A stretch of DNA of 58,304 bases, filler included, from Sphacelaria rigidula (taxonomy: Eukaryota), in the NCBI GenBank assembly GCA_964200075.2. It is 6 parts of 6 records of this genome, joined end to end, with 100 filler letters (N's around TTAATTAATTAA, not from the genome) between each part and the next. Parts side by side here need not be neighbours in the genome. Positions count along the whole stretch, not along the records: positions 19,470 to 29,103 come from CAXNAA020008065.1; positions 29,204 to 38,837 come from CAXNAA020008066.1; 4 more parts are not named here. The stretch is one strand, 5' to 3'. Under the pieces are notes generated by a model. It did not search any database, was not told the origin of the DNA, and saw only the letters and a program-made list of their open reading frames with translations. The translations under genes were made by a program, and so were the position numbers. How positions within the stretch are numbered: position 1 is the first letter of the stretch; each line of letters opens with the position of its first letter. Shown piece after piece: positions 25,501 to 38,490 of this stretch.

Positions 25501-27039
25501 GTGCGATCGACTCGCATCGATACCCAGTATCCTGGCTCTGCTGCGACAGTGTTTATGTCGCGAAACGTCAATCATGCGAGCGATCCAGTATGTAGTCTTC
25601 CCACTGGTTGCAGAGCCAACTAGCCAGCACGTTGAAAAGGCATGTGAATGTCCACACCGGGACCGCCAGAGTAGCGCAGCGTCTTCATGTCGAGTCCACA
25701 GTTGGGGGTTTGAACGCCATTGTCTACCGTGATCTCTACTCGACGCAGTGCGCCCTACAATATCTTCACTGTTTCCTCTCAATATTTCAAGCGACTATGA
25801 CCACCCGTATAGTTTTATCCGAAGTACTTTCTTTGCGTAGAACCTTTCGCACAAAACACTTGCCTGCGTGACCGCGTGGTCTGAACTGGTGCATTGTATG
25901 CTGTATCCCGGCGCCAGACCGATCGCATCCAATTCAGGTGCGCAATCAAACGTCACCTGTTGCGTTTGTTCCCAGTTACGGTTGCAACGTAGCAAGAGTT
26001 GAGGCGGGGAACAGATACCATTCAAATCACGTTTTATGGAACCGTAGTTCAAGTTTCTTGACAATCTGAAACGCATAATCTAATTGGTGCCATTCAATAC
26101 ACGTTTTATGGAACCATAGTTCAAAGTTGTCTGACAATCTGAAACGTAAAATCTAACTGGTTTCATTCAATACACGTTTATGGAGCCATAGGTATAGTTG
26201 TCCGACAACCCGAAACGTATAATCTAAATGGTGTAGCCTTGGTTCAATACTCGGCGTATTGTGTGTCCTGTATGTGAATGCTTGTGCACAGGGTCTGCCC
26301 CGGCAGATTTTCGCGAAGAACCTTTGACCACGGACAATGCTATCAACAAGTCGAGAAGAGTCACGAAATCAATGTCGGTGTTGAATAGTCCACTACTGTG
26401 GTACTACCTTAGCTGGAGACTGCTTGGGCATCGCCTGGAAGGCCTGGGCCACAGTTCAGGGTGGCAATCATTTTCGAACTGGCGAGAAAAGTACGCGCGG
26501 TCTGGGGTGAAACAGAAAACGTTTCGGCCTGTACAAAGCAACGATCTTCGTAGCGTGCTACTTTGAAGACTATCGCTATCTTCGACCCAGGTTACAGCAG
26601 TCTACTTTGAGGTTTCCCTGAAGAGCTCGCTGCATGAGCATGACATAAATCGCAGGAAACTTGCTCCCTAGAACAGCGCGTGCAGCGTGAACACGACGGT
26701 GGTAGTCTGTGAAGCTTCACTGTACAACGACCTCTACAAAAATATATGCACCGAAAGAGATATTTTCTCGCGTCCAAAAAAAGTGTTCAAGCCTCGCTCG
26801 TGAAGAAGTGCACGGGAGAAATTGCAGCAGTGTTTTGACCGACAATTCAATTATGTCGCACCTCGCAGTTGACTGTGACGTGGACATTTGTCGTCGGGGA
26901 AAGATGTAACTCACCGTCGTATCTTCGAGGACCAAACCAGACATCGTCGTAGTCCCTGTGTTGTTGATAATGCCTTCGAATACGACAACATCTCCCACGG
27001 TGACGGCGTCCGCATCCCCAGTGTATTGGCCCTCAACCT
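22558..27039 (-). CDS. Partial multi-exon gene: DUF11/DUF7507-like Ig-fold repeat cell-surface protein
   Basis: In-phase exons 26915-27039, 25864-25956, 24811-25245, 23934-24021 and 22558-22769. Repeats GDVVVFEGIINNTGTTTMSGLVLED, AVTQDDIDAGSVSNNA, GDVATFNITVSNTGNTRLRGVMVTD and GEVFNYIIAVENEGTVTLS match the GD.V.Y...V.N.G...L..V.VTD / TQ.D.DAG...N.A pattern. Confidence 0.8.
26021..26232 (+). repeat. ~72-bp intronic minisatellite (3 copies)
   Basis: TTCAATACACGTTTTATGGAACCATAGTTC...GACAATCTGAAACG...AATCTAA repeated three times. Confidence 0.8.
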
Positions 27040-29584
27040 CTGCGCATATACAAAGAAAACAGCGAGCAAAACCAGAACTACATGACGAGGGGGGAAGTCA
27101 GTGTGGACGGATTCTTCCGAGAACGCCCCCTTGAACGCCGGTGACCCTGTTGAGGGAGGGCAGTGAGCACTCCACTTACGACTCACTTTCTATATAACGA
27201 GGCCTATACATCATGGAGAGTCAACTATTTGGCCGGTGAACGCGTCAAACTCTTGGAGGTCCGACTTCATCACGGCCAAACAGTATTTCTGTTTTTGAAC
27301 ATGTTGGCAGGTAAATAATCAAACAATATCAAGTACGACCCTGTTCCCCGAACATGCAACTCCAGACACGCGTTGGTATCCCTGGGTTCCTTTGGGGATA
27401 CGCGAGATCAGTTGTTTGAGATATTTCCACCATTTTTGGTCTAGAGAAGTACTGAATTCAAGCCGTAGACAGGAGCCTCTTCCGCTGGAAGCACGTAAAT
27501 GTATGCACCTCACTCCTACAGAGTTCGTCGGTGGGGGCTCCAGCCCAAGTGGTGTGATACTCAGATGTTTGAACCGCAACCTTGTTCCGCGGCCATGCTA
27601 TGCTTCGTTTTCTTTGTGCTTATCTCGTACGGATTCGTTACCTGAAGGCCTGTGACAGAGGTCTGTCGGGGCGTTTCGCCGAGGGCGGTAGTAGCTCTTT
27701 GCCTTGTACCTTTTGCTCTGCTTTTGCTGTTGTATTTTTTTGTCTGCAGTCTATTCAAGGATATACGAGATATAGTGTTTCTAAACCTACGTACCCACTT
27801 GCTCCTTTCGGACCTCTCAGGAGTAAGGGGGTCGGGGGGGGAGGGTACAAGATCACCCCCCCCTGCCCCCCTCCCCCCCCACCCCGCAAACGCCAAACAC
27901 ACTCCTGTATGAATCGATCCCATTCCAACTTTTATTCACAAGGGAGCGGCATCGAAGAGGGTACCCCTTTGATGAGGCGCGCGCGGGGGGGGGGGGCAGC
28001 AAACGCTCCACATGTCAACCGTGGGGAGTAAAACTGACGGAAATCAATGTGAAACGTTTCCAGGGCAGGTAGCGCAGCGGATATACAGTCCGCGGCGAAA
28101 GCAACCGCAAACAACGGCGAACCCATCGAACTACTGATCCATGGCCGCAAATTAAATCAATAGTTACATGGGAGAGAAATGAAGAAACCAGCGCCGGCAG
28201 GACCTAGCAAGACGGACGTACGATGTCATCAACCCCTTGTGGTAGGTTCCTCTATCGTTGTGCCTTGAGGTTCCCCTTGATGGTAAAACCGTTTTTTACC
28301 ACTCCACAGGCGGCTCGATCAGGGATTTTTATGGATATTAATGGGGCCGACACACACATGTATATATATATATATATATATGCAGAAGAAAGTGTAGCGA
28401 TGTACAGGATTGGTAGCTGTCGGCCGTGTTGGGGGCGTGATGAGGAATGATGGGATGGGAACGGGGTTGCGAAGTGGCGAGCCACACGCCGTATGATGGG
28501 AGATTGCCGGGCAGTTATCCGTATAAGGAGATAGCATGACGGCGATGCAACCTGTGGCAAGGCAGTGCATCTCGGACGGTCCGTTGATTGCAAGTGATGG
28601 GGCCAACATATATATGTTGTCACAGTGAACGTTTACGAAGTTGTGTCCGAATCAGTACAGGTTGTAGTTGGCAGCGGCGTTCGGACGGTGAGAAGGTGGT
28701 GTTGAAAGGGGAGAGCATGGCGAAGGCGCAGACCACGGACACTTTGCCGCTTATGATTGATTGATTGTCGCACTTTGCCGTCTATGTGATGTCGAAATAT
28801 GACATGGTGGCAATCATTATCTGTTATGTCGAGATGTGGTCAGGTTGGAAGGACCATCAAATACGCGGTACATTTATGCCATAAAAACTAAGAATATGTT
28901 ACAAACAGTGAGCCATACAACCGCATCTTCTCGGATGCTATAAACGACATGATCTCAAAACCAGTAAGCCATACAAGCGGACCTTCTCCACCGCTGATGA
29001 AAGGTGGAAATGCGGTGAGGTAAAATAATCATCATCACATGAGCAGAGCTCACCACATTTCCACATGAGATGGCGGCAAGGGCAGGTGTGATGCGATGTG
29101 GGGNNNNNNNNNNNNNNNNNNNNNNNNNNNNNNNNNNNNNNNNNNNNTTAATTAATTAANNNNNNNNNNNNNNNNNNNNNNNNNNNNNNNNNNNNNNNNN
29201 NNNTGCTTCGTCACTATTGGGGGTGGTGGGTGAATTCAAAAATGTGTTCGTTTTTAGACTGGCGGGTCTGCTCAAACGTAGTATGGAACTGGTTCTATGG
29301 TACAGGCAGATATACGCGGGCCGGAAATGAACTATATTTCTAGTACATTTATTCACGTCAAAAGTAAACCCACCTAGACAGCTGGATCCTTATTTCCACC
29401 GTGACCTTTTATCATGACCGATCCCGTGTTGTTTTTCCTAATTCGAGAGCCCACATTTTTTAAATCAGCTGCCCATTACGGATGTTTTCAAACAAAGTGG
29501 GTTCGGGTTACGAGCAAAACCAGAGCCAAGTTTTTGAATTTGAGAGCGCCACATAGTTCACATGAACACAGCTACACGCATAGA

Positions 29585-29635
29585 AGGTCAGAAGGTTTCG
29601 AGGTTAAAAACTGAGCCACCGGGGCGACCGGCATA
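29585..29635 (-). repeat. Truncated 5' head of the tRNA-derived SINE
   Basis: GTCAGAAGGTTTCGAGGTTAAAAACTGAGCCACCGGGGCGACCGGC matches 55295-55342. Confidence 0.55.
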
Positions 29636-30723
29636 CAGCAGAGACAAACACAAAGAGGACCGACGGAGTACCGAAGTCCAGCCAGCACGAGTCAATGTTG
29701 AGCACGACGGAAAACACCCACTTTGATCTTTCATCATCCGGTGGTGCCGTGGATGATATTTTTTTCCTCGAGATGATGGGCACAAAAAATACTGTACGAT
29801 GTAGACTTTATGGTAAAACGGTAGTACAATGAAGTGCCAGGGTGTTGCAGCAGGCAAGAGTATTCACAATACAGGCCGTGGATTTTGCGAACAGTACGAC
29901 ACTACAAGTATAGGCTATGCTTCGCAAACACGACACAGCTGTAGCCTGTACTTGTTATCTTGTACTACTCCATTTCCGAGTACAGGCTGTACTCTGCCAG
30001 GTTACAAGCACGGGCTGTACTCGCGAGCACAGTAGGTAGCTGTGCTTTGCCAATACAGTACAGTACTATACCGTCTTCACTGTAGGGTTCGAGGTCACAT
30101 TCAAATGCACGTCCATGGCAGTGGATGTAGATGCAGAGGATATGACAACTGACTACTCCCTGCACTACGGTACTACACGTGAAGGCTTCACTTTGTTTAC
30201 TGTGTGTGTTACTGCTGTGTACTGCCTGCACTCCGGTACTACGCGTGAAGGCTTCACCTTGTTTGAAAACATCCGTGACGGGCAGCCGATTAAAAAAATG
30301 TGGATCCCCGTAGGTGGATATACTTTTTGCGCATTTATTCAAGTCTGGGAGTGGTCGGTGTTGAGGTGATTTTGTTCCTTCGGAAAGCTCGCTCCACATC
30401 AGGAGGTGGACAATCTTGTTGCACTAGCGAGTGTCCTCCCTTTGTCCGTACCAGTTGGGAAGCACACGCCCACGAGCTGCCACCCCACGTTTACCGTCAT
30501 TGCGAAGATAATAAGACAAGAGCACGAACAGTAGCTAGCTGTTGTGGCCGCTACACACCAATGTAACTACAGTGAATGCGCATGGCGAGTATCCTTTAAA
30601 GTGTCGAACTACAGAGGGAGAGTTGAAAGAACAAAGCTGGCGGCTACTTCATGTCAGGGCTCCAGTGCAGAAATGTCCTCTAGATCTTGTTTGTATGCGG
30701 GGGGCTGTCAAGTGCCGTGGACC

Positions 30724-31042
30724 GTCCGCACGAGAAGCAGCAGCAGCAGTATCAGCAACATATTCGTTGCCAGTAAATGTACGTGGCTGGGGGTGGTTCT
30801 GAATCGACCGGCGCCGATGCTGCTGGTGCCGCTGCCGTTGCTCTTGATCGTAGACGGCCTGCGTTTCGACCGTGCGACAGCACCTACGCACCTTACGAGT
30901 GATAGCCACCGTGCTGGACAGCGCTGACACACACACGAATCGGCACCGGCTGATTTAGACCCACCCCCAGCCGCGTACATCTACTGGCAGTAAAGATGCT
31001 GCTGATACTGCTGCTGTTGCTTCTTCTCCTTCTCGTGCGGAA
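30724..31042. repeat. Imperfect inverted repeat (~95-bp arms)
   Basis: CCGCACGAGAAG...CAGCAGTATCAGCA...TGCCAGTA.ATGTACG.GGCTGGGGGTGG mirrored at ~30937-31042. Confidence 0.75.
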
Positions 31043-31100
31043 CGCGATTAGAACGGCGCGTGATTTCTCGTGATGCTGCAGAACATCTGTGTTGTTTTCT

Positions 31101-31280
31101 GTTGAGAGTAGTACTCTGCAGTTCATACACCACTGCAGAGTTATCTGGTTTTGAGTGTACCACCCTGTAGTCAAGATAACAGCATAACTTCCTTGTCTGG
31201 TGTTGAGAGTAGTACTCTGCAGTTCATACACCACTGCAGGGTTGTCTGGTTCTGAGTTTACCACCCTGTAGTCAAGATAA
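31101..31280 (+). repeat. ~102-bp tandem duplication
   Basis: GTTGAGAGTAGTACTCTGCAGTTCATACACCACTGCAG...CACCCTGTAGTCAAGATAA occurs twice. Confidence 0.8.
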
Positions 31281-31289
31281 TGGGGTCAT

Positions 31290-32700
31290 CTTTTGAGCAG
31301 TTTTCCGAAAGGTTCTGCTGCGTTTTTCTTTAGTATTCCGAAAAAACGAGAGTGTTTTCTGTCACAGAAATCTATAGCCGAATCTGGAATAGCCTGAGAC
31401 AACAACCAATTTGAAAATTGGAATAGGAATACTTTAAAAAAAACGAAGTTTTCTGTCACAAATTTTCTGTCACAAGAAATCAATATGACATGAGAAAAGG
31501 CGCAAGACAACACCATTTTTCATGCTGAAAATCGGAATATAAGCTGTGGTCCAGTGTGGAACAATTTCAAGACTCTTTGTGCCTTTCTATCCATACAAGT
31601 GGCGGCAGGATTTTTCATCATGCCGCACGTAAACGTTCCGTCCAACAATTTAAAACATGCAAGTGGCCGTCTTTCAAATGAATAGTTGACTCATTCGTAT
31701 CTTCCACTCTCAGTCTCACGAAAACATTGTTCCAAGCGATCCACCGACCGAGGTCACTTACCAATACGAATGTTGTAGTAGTCCTTTTCGACTGGGTGGC
31801 ATCGATGATAGCAGATGCGATAGAACCGGCTTACGGGAACTCCGTGAATCGACAATCCGATTCCTGACGGAAGACACATGATGCCAGAAACATGAGATTG
31901 TTGTACGTACTCCTCCTGATCGGTCGCCTGCATCCATGCCTCCTATACCGCCGCGAGCGAGCAAGCGGACATGATGAGGCGGAATACGCAATCTACATCA
32001 TAAATCAGTCGAACTTGTCCATAGTGCACGGGATATCCTTCACCCTCGCCCTCAGTATCGCTGCGAAATACAGCATTCAGAATACACCATCCAACTCCCG
32101 CAGAACTGCCCGGCATCCCGTCAGAAGCCAAGAATTGCGACATATCCCGTACATGAACGAACCAATGGAATATCGTGGAAACCTTTTCAAGAATCAACTG
32201 GGGCACTTCCGCGGGTATTTTTCGAGAGTGATTGACCACTCCAACCCATACTCACGAAGCTCGATCATGTTGGCTAGTTACCTCCAAACGTGAATCCTTG
32301 GAGAAAGGTCCTAAGGAGTGGCACATCTTTAGGCTGACGCTGCGTAGGGCATCCACCCTAGTCCACCGCAGTTTTTGACACAGTTGTCTACTGCATTTTG
32401 GAAAGGTTCACCGCCTTGAAGCGTCCATGAAATTGTATATATTCACGAGGGTAACCCGAACAACAAATGCCGACCTTCCTCGTGCACCCAGAAGCTCACG
32501 AGACAATTGGCTGGTGATGAGGTTCCTTCTCGGAAATATTACCAGGCTCACATTGAAGGAGGGGCAGGACGCTGGAGTCAACCGATCCGACACGTCGCTC
32601 AGTCCCTCAGACCCTTCTACATTTTGACGAGCTGCAAAAATGCACACAGCATTACACTTGCCACTCTAAAACGTGACAACACACACATCACTGGAGTCCT
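31290..32700 (-). mobile_element. Decayed PIF/Harbinger-like (DDE_Tnp_4) transposase relic with an AT-rich end
   Basis: Broken minus frames LANMIELREYG, YFAAILRARVKDIP, RRPIRRSTYNN and GIMCLPSGIGLSIHGVPV resemble the order of Harbinger motifs. Many stops. Repeated TTTTCTGTCACA motifs at 31350-31475. Confidence 0.4.
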
Positions 32701-33755
32701 ACGTATACCACACACGGACAACGTTATTCAACCCCGGCGGACGTTCGCTGACGCCTCGACAACTTCCACTGGCGTGCTCATGATCTTGCATGTGGCACAC
32801 GGTTTCGGCGGAAAATGCGAGCGTCCGATTCTCGCAGTGTCGCACCCTCCCCTTCTACAGCTGTAGAAGACACACCAACGTGTAGAACATTCTCAACGAA
32901 GAAGCGACACCTCATTTACACACAAGATCCGAAACTAACCTCCCTGCATGTTAAGTGGGCGTTGATATTTTCGTCGACACTCACGGTTGCGATGCCTCGG
33001 CTTCTTTTGCCTATATGCACAACAGTGTTGAAGTGTTCACTTTGTTCATCCTCACGACACACTCCTTGCTCTTGCCGCCTGTACCCGCTTACTCCCCCCC
33101 CCGACCCCGCCCCACACGTACGTCCGCTTCACGCCGCACTTCAAACCCGAACCCACGTTTCGACCATCAATAGTACCACGATTCACACCATGCACCCAGA
33201 GGAATAATCACTTTGCACAAGAGGAAGCACCAAAATTCCGAAGAAGATTAACATAATGATCATTTTTAAAACGGTGGACCGCGTTTGGGCATCTTCAAAT
33301 CTACAAAGTAGAAAACAGCCACGTGCCCGTGTAGACGGCAAGGCTGCTGCTACTGCTGCCGCTGCGGTTGTGCGTGTGTAAATCATATATGTCTGCGTGT
33401 GTACCTCCCCTTGAGATAGTAGATGTATCGCCCCACGCAACAGAAAGCACAGAATGATCACAGACACACACACAGCCACGCGAACGACGAAAGCCTTTCT
33501 GAAAAAGACAGAGTAAAACATGAAAGAAATAACCGTGTTATCTATGTATTCTTATCCCTTCGAACCACAAGTTTCGTTTCGTAAATCGATAAGTCGGCAG
33601 TATAAAAGGAAGAGGAGTAAAAGAACAACCAAAAATGAACGAAACTGTAAACACATCGAACTAACTCGGGCGTCTAAACCCTTCACCTTGCACACCGTCG
33701 TCTACGGTAACCCCCCTCCCCTCCCGAGTTATCCAAAGTATGTACCTCCTTTCGC

Positions 33756-35562
33756 CTAGACGGCACTACACGCGTCGGGCGACGACGAGCGAGGGCTAGA
33801 ATACTCGGCGGAGGTAATGGGGCTGCAGGATCTCCCCTGAGTGACCTTCCATCTTGCCGCCTTGCTGCTGCCGGGCATCAAGACCCTTCCTCCAGTCTTC
33901 CCCTTAGCCAGAGGGGTGGCCACCGCCAACTGCTTCGTCCCCGCTGCGGTTTCCGCCGCGCGTTCGTCCATGGCTGTCGTTTTTGTTTGAAAATGGCATG
34001 AAGGGAAACTCGAATGAGCGACATCATCACCCCGTCTTCACAATCGATGCCCGATATAAAAATAACAAAACCAAATCGAAACTGCTTTTCGACCCTATTA
34101 AGGTCCCATCTTACCGGCTTTCAAAGGAAGGGCTTTGGAGGCGTAGATGGATGTTATATCGACATGCGCGGTCAGAAGGAGTCATGTGAAGTTCAAAGGT
34201 TTCGACAAGGGCGTGCAGCAGCACTATTGCATCGCTGAGTGATTGAGAATGCACTTCTTTAGTCCATGCACCTTTAACCTGTGTGTGCTGACATCTTCGT
34301 ACATCCACGCGCATGTACAGTGTTTGAGCCGCTGGCGCGTTCACCGGTATCCTGCTGTGCTACACTGCGAGGGCAAAGTGCCGCTGGACAGGACTCGTGT
34401 ACGAATGGTGATGACGCGCGTTTCATGTGCATGCGCTGTCACTCCACGAAAACAGGTATCCGACAGCCTCTCAACACGCCCGCCCGTTGAGCGCCCCAAT
34501 AAAGGTCCGGGCGGTGCAAAGAGTATAACTAACCCAAACGAACGACCGAGTCAAAACAATCGACCAAGCACGAACGCACAAACATCGAGTAAGTAGAGAA
34601 ACGGGAGATGTCATTGATTACCCTGCTGTTATAGAATTTCCAGTCAATTGTGACAGAGCGAGCCATTTCATATTCGGGTAAGGAGACTGCAGGCGTTCGC
34701 ACGCGTGGTCCATCAAGACGTTGGTGCACCATGGGGGTAATTCCGCCATACCGTCATCGCGCTGCTGTGCGTGAACTTACCGGTCGAGGAGACGCCGAGC
34801 ACGCCGTACAGCACTAAGGTGTCCAGAGCGATGTGCACATGCCTCAGCGCCCAGCTGATAGAAATCAGTAGTCCCCTGATCACGTAGCATATTGTATGCA
34901 TTTCTTCAGTTCGGGTGACCGGAAAAAAAGACAACGATGCACAATGTACACAGCCACGACCCACCAAGCAATTCACACTGGAGTGACACGAGGCTTGCTC
35001 TTCGCCCGGTGAATTCAGAATCCGCTCAGACAGTATTTCGCCCCAACTCTCGTCTCCTATCTTCTACGGCGCATTTTGAGTGAGGTTGAGAAAGCAGGTT
35101 CTGGGTATTGCATGAAGTAGATCATTCGCATCATTCACAGTTTCGGGTGCCCCATCATGCCCCCCTTCGCCCTCCAGTACCACTTCTGCCCTCCGACCCA
35201 ACAACACCAGCTCACCACTCTTGCCAGCCCCGCAACACGACCACCAACCCACCGAAGCCGACGAACAGATTGACCGCAATAGCGATGCCCGTTAGCCCGA
35301 AGTAGAAGCGGATGCGACTGTGCAGTTTCCAGCACTCTCGAATCTCGGGCAGGCGAAATATGAGCAAGAGGCTCACCACAATCAACATGCACAATCCAAC
35401 CAAAAGCTCCAACAGGAACATGGAAGTGAGAATCCATCGGAATAGCCTCTGCAACAGAATCGCGGCATGGACATGGGAGCAGTCGGAAACGGTTACCCAC
35501 GTCTCGCTTGGTTCATGCGTGTGGCGAGGGGTAGTAGAAACAGTAGTACTAGTAGTAGTAGT

Positions 35563-35603
<41 letters not shown>

Positions 35604-38490
35604 TAGTACCAGTGTACAGTGAACTTACGGAGAGTTTCAACGTGACTCCAACAACAGCCCGCGCCTGAGAGACTTCACCACAGCTGAAAATCACGAGCTG
35701 GACTAATGCCCGTAACTGAACCTTTGGGTTTCTTAAACGGGTGAGCGATGAGGGTGCAGGTGAAAAGTACAGAGATGACAAATTACAGTTGACACTCGCT
35801 CAAAATCGCCTTTTTACAGAAGAAAGGTCATGCACCAAAACCACCACGAAAACATCAAGAAGACGTGATGCGATGTAATGAGGATGTGTCTGGAGATATC
35901 GTCGCAGGAGTCAAGTGGCTGATTTTCAGGGCTTCTTTCTCCTAAGAGGTAATTTGTTCTGTAATGTACGGTACGGTGCAAGATTTTCGCAGTATGACCT
36001 TAGTACACGGTGTGCTGTACTCGTAAGTGGGGCACGGTACGGGTGGTACTGTCTTCCCTTCGTATCGCTAGGTACATCAAGGGAACCGCACACCTCGGTG
36101 CCCTATCTATCTCCCCGTCATACTGCCGATCCCTCCCGATCCTCGGGACGAATCCGTAGTCTAAACGAACTGATCGACTCATGTTTCTCCCGGTACATCT
36201 CTGATATTCCGTCACCGCGGATTGGGTCACCACTACCGGGAATGTGCTTGGACTGCTGGTAAGGTGAACTCATGTTTCCCACTGTCTCCCAACAGGGTGC
36301 GGCGCGGTCTCGAAGTCACTCTGAAATTTAGCCGCCTCACTGGGATGGGTGCATGTGTTTTTCTTCCCACGGTCTCTCTTCAACTAAAGCTGTGCTGCAG
36401 GAGCCTGTCATTTCCAGTTTTTTTTCGTCATTCGTCTCATCTGTACGTTTCTTTTCGTTGGGACCGTTTTTGTTCGATCCTCTTCTCGTCCCTCTCTCGC
36501 CTTCTGCTTGTTTTCGCTTTTATTTAACTTCCTGCTTTTTTTTTCTTCCGTTCTTCTGTATATGTGGGAACCACCACGTACAAGGGGAACATTCCCACAA
36601 GTCTCTGTCGGAAAATCACCTCTTCAAACTGGCGACACCATGAGATGACTCGTATGCTTCACTAGCAGAAGGTCCTGGGTTTGAATCTCGGCTCCCATAA
36701 GAAAGCAAGTAAAAGATTGTGTCGGGATAAAAGCGTCGTAAAAAAAGTGAGGTTCTACATACGATAACTGATGGGAAACTTCGAAGCAGAGTTCGCAGAC
36801 TGACGGAAAAGCTCATACAAGGAAAAAGATGATGTGGGAAACACCACATCGTAGAACGCGAAAATTCCCATAAGTGTCCGTCCAAGTATCACTTTCTTCT
36901 ACATGTACTCCACTGTCTATACCTTCTTGTTTTTGCGCGTTTGTTTTTCTTAGCCAGCGTTTCCGTTTTGCTGACCTTGGGTACGTCTACTTTGTGGACA
37001 ATGACCGCGGATGGGTCCCTCGGGGATCCCTTGATGTGTGACAAATCAATCAACCGGAATCAGACAGATGTTTTCCAATCACCACATTGACTCCATGCTT
37101 CTGACTCGCAATTGACCCGTATCAATCTTTCGAGGTCAACATACATCCTTGCTCAGAGCTCAGCAACGAAATCTTCATACGTGATTCACCTTCTGCTGCA
37201 TGCATGTGGCTCATCCAGTATGGGGAGTGAGGGACATGCCACTACTTGGATGGCGTTAATTCTTGCGACCCTACTACATGTCCAGGGTAGGTAGCTAGTG
37301 CCATGCAGCAGAAGCAGTCGGTGCAAGGTACCATGTAAGCCCGACTCATGAAGCACGTATATCACTTGGTTGTTCATCTCGTTACCAACGTGAGTGCCCA
37401 ACAACCTGAAATTTCCCCCGCCTGGGAGAGGGGGCTAGCTATCCGGCGCTTCTGTCTTCGGGGATCCCCTGTCTCCGCTCTGTAAACGGAGCGATCGACA
37501 GCTCTGAGCTCAGCTTTCCGACGAGTAGCTGAACGCTTGGTTTGTGTTTCCAGGATGTATGTTGATGTGTGTGTATATATACGGAGTATTTCAAACGGAT
37601 ATTTCCACCCTTTTGACTATCCCCATCATCTACCTAATTTTATGGCGTCGACGAAACGACTCGGCGCACCATTGAAACAATGAAGACGACTCACAATTCT
37701 TTCAAGCGTTACTTCTGCACACCCATGGACGGCCCATGAACGTGACGTTCACACATCTACCGGTATCATGCGTAAACGCAGCATCGTGGCGCTTGGGGAT
37801 CTGATTGGCCGAAGTGCTTACGTGTTGACTGGCTCAACGGACGCCTTTCTGTACATACATACGCACGCACAATCGTGTGAGTATTTGGACGTGGAATCTC
37901 TTTCGAATTTGGATTCATCACGCCCCACAGCCTGATGCCCAGCTAGACACGGGGACACGGCGTGAAACATCCCCTGTAGCAACGGAGCTCTGGTTTGCTA
38001 TGTTCAACCACAAGTAGCAAGGTGTTTGTCTCGATTCGTCGACAGCACCAAAACTGTCAAGGCTTGATTTTCGGCCAGCCAGCGCCTTCAACTTCTTCGA
38101 GTTGTTTGGTCGTTCTGAGGTCTGGTCTCTAAAGGGCAAATGCATACAGGATTATGAAATTGGTCCAGATGCACGATTCGGAAAAAAATAAATATAAAAA
38201 AAAAGTATACAATGTTTTAAAATAAATATTCATTTTATCGCATCACTCCCCTCCCGTCAACGGTTCCCGAAGCAGCAGTAGAATGCGCGTTGGAATGGGG
38301 GGGATCATATCCATACAAAGGAAGTCCATCTCACCTCATCAAAGTTTGTCGCCCAGTACAAAGTCTGACTCACGACCATATCTTCCCAGAAGGGAACGAC
38401 CGCCGCAGCTAAAACGAGGGAAATCGTGGCGAAATATAAGATGAGTCTCGGAGAGCTCACGCTCTGCACTCGGGTCATGGTGCGATGGCT
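33756..38490 (-). pseudogene. Degenerate multi-exon, multi-pass membrane protein gene (possibly 7TM-like)
   Basis: Clean phase-0 exon 38335-38490 (PRLILYFATISLVLAAAVVPFW). Hydrophobic segments at 35210-35500 (WILTSMFLLELLVGLCMLIVVSLLLIF...FYFGLTGIAIAVNLFVGFGGLVVVL) and 34760-34920 (IRGLLISISWALRHVHIALDTLVLYGVLG). Stops in the 37190-37400 segment. Confidence 0.45.
35545..35602. repeat. (TAG)n(CAG)n microsatellite
   Basis: Directly visible in the sequence. Confidence 0.9.

Noticed and set aside
13887..27039. USP plus adhesin as a linked system
   Set aside because: They are separated by an artificial linker, so adjacency is not established.
36630..36700. tRNA gene
   Set aside because: Only a B-box-like GGTTTGAATC is present, with no complete cloverleaf. 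Probably a decayed SINE head.
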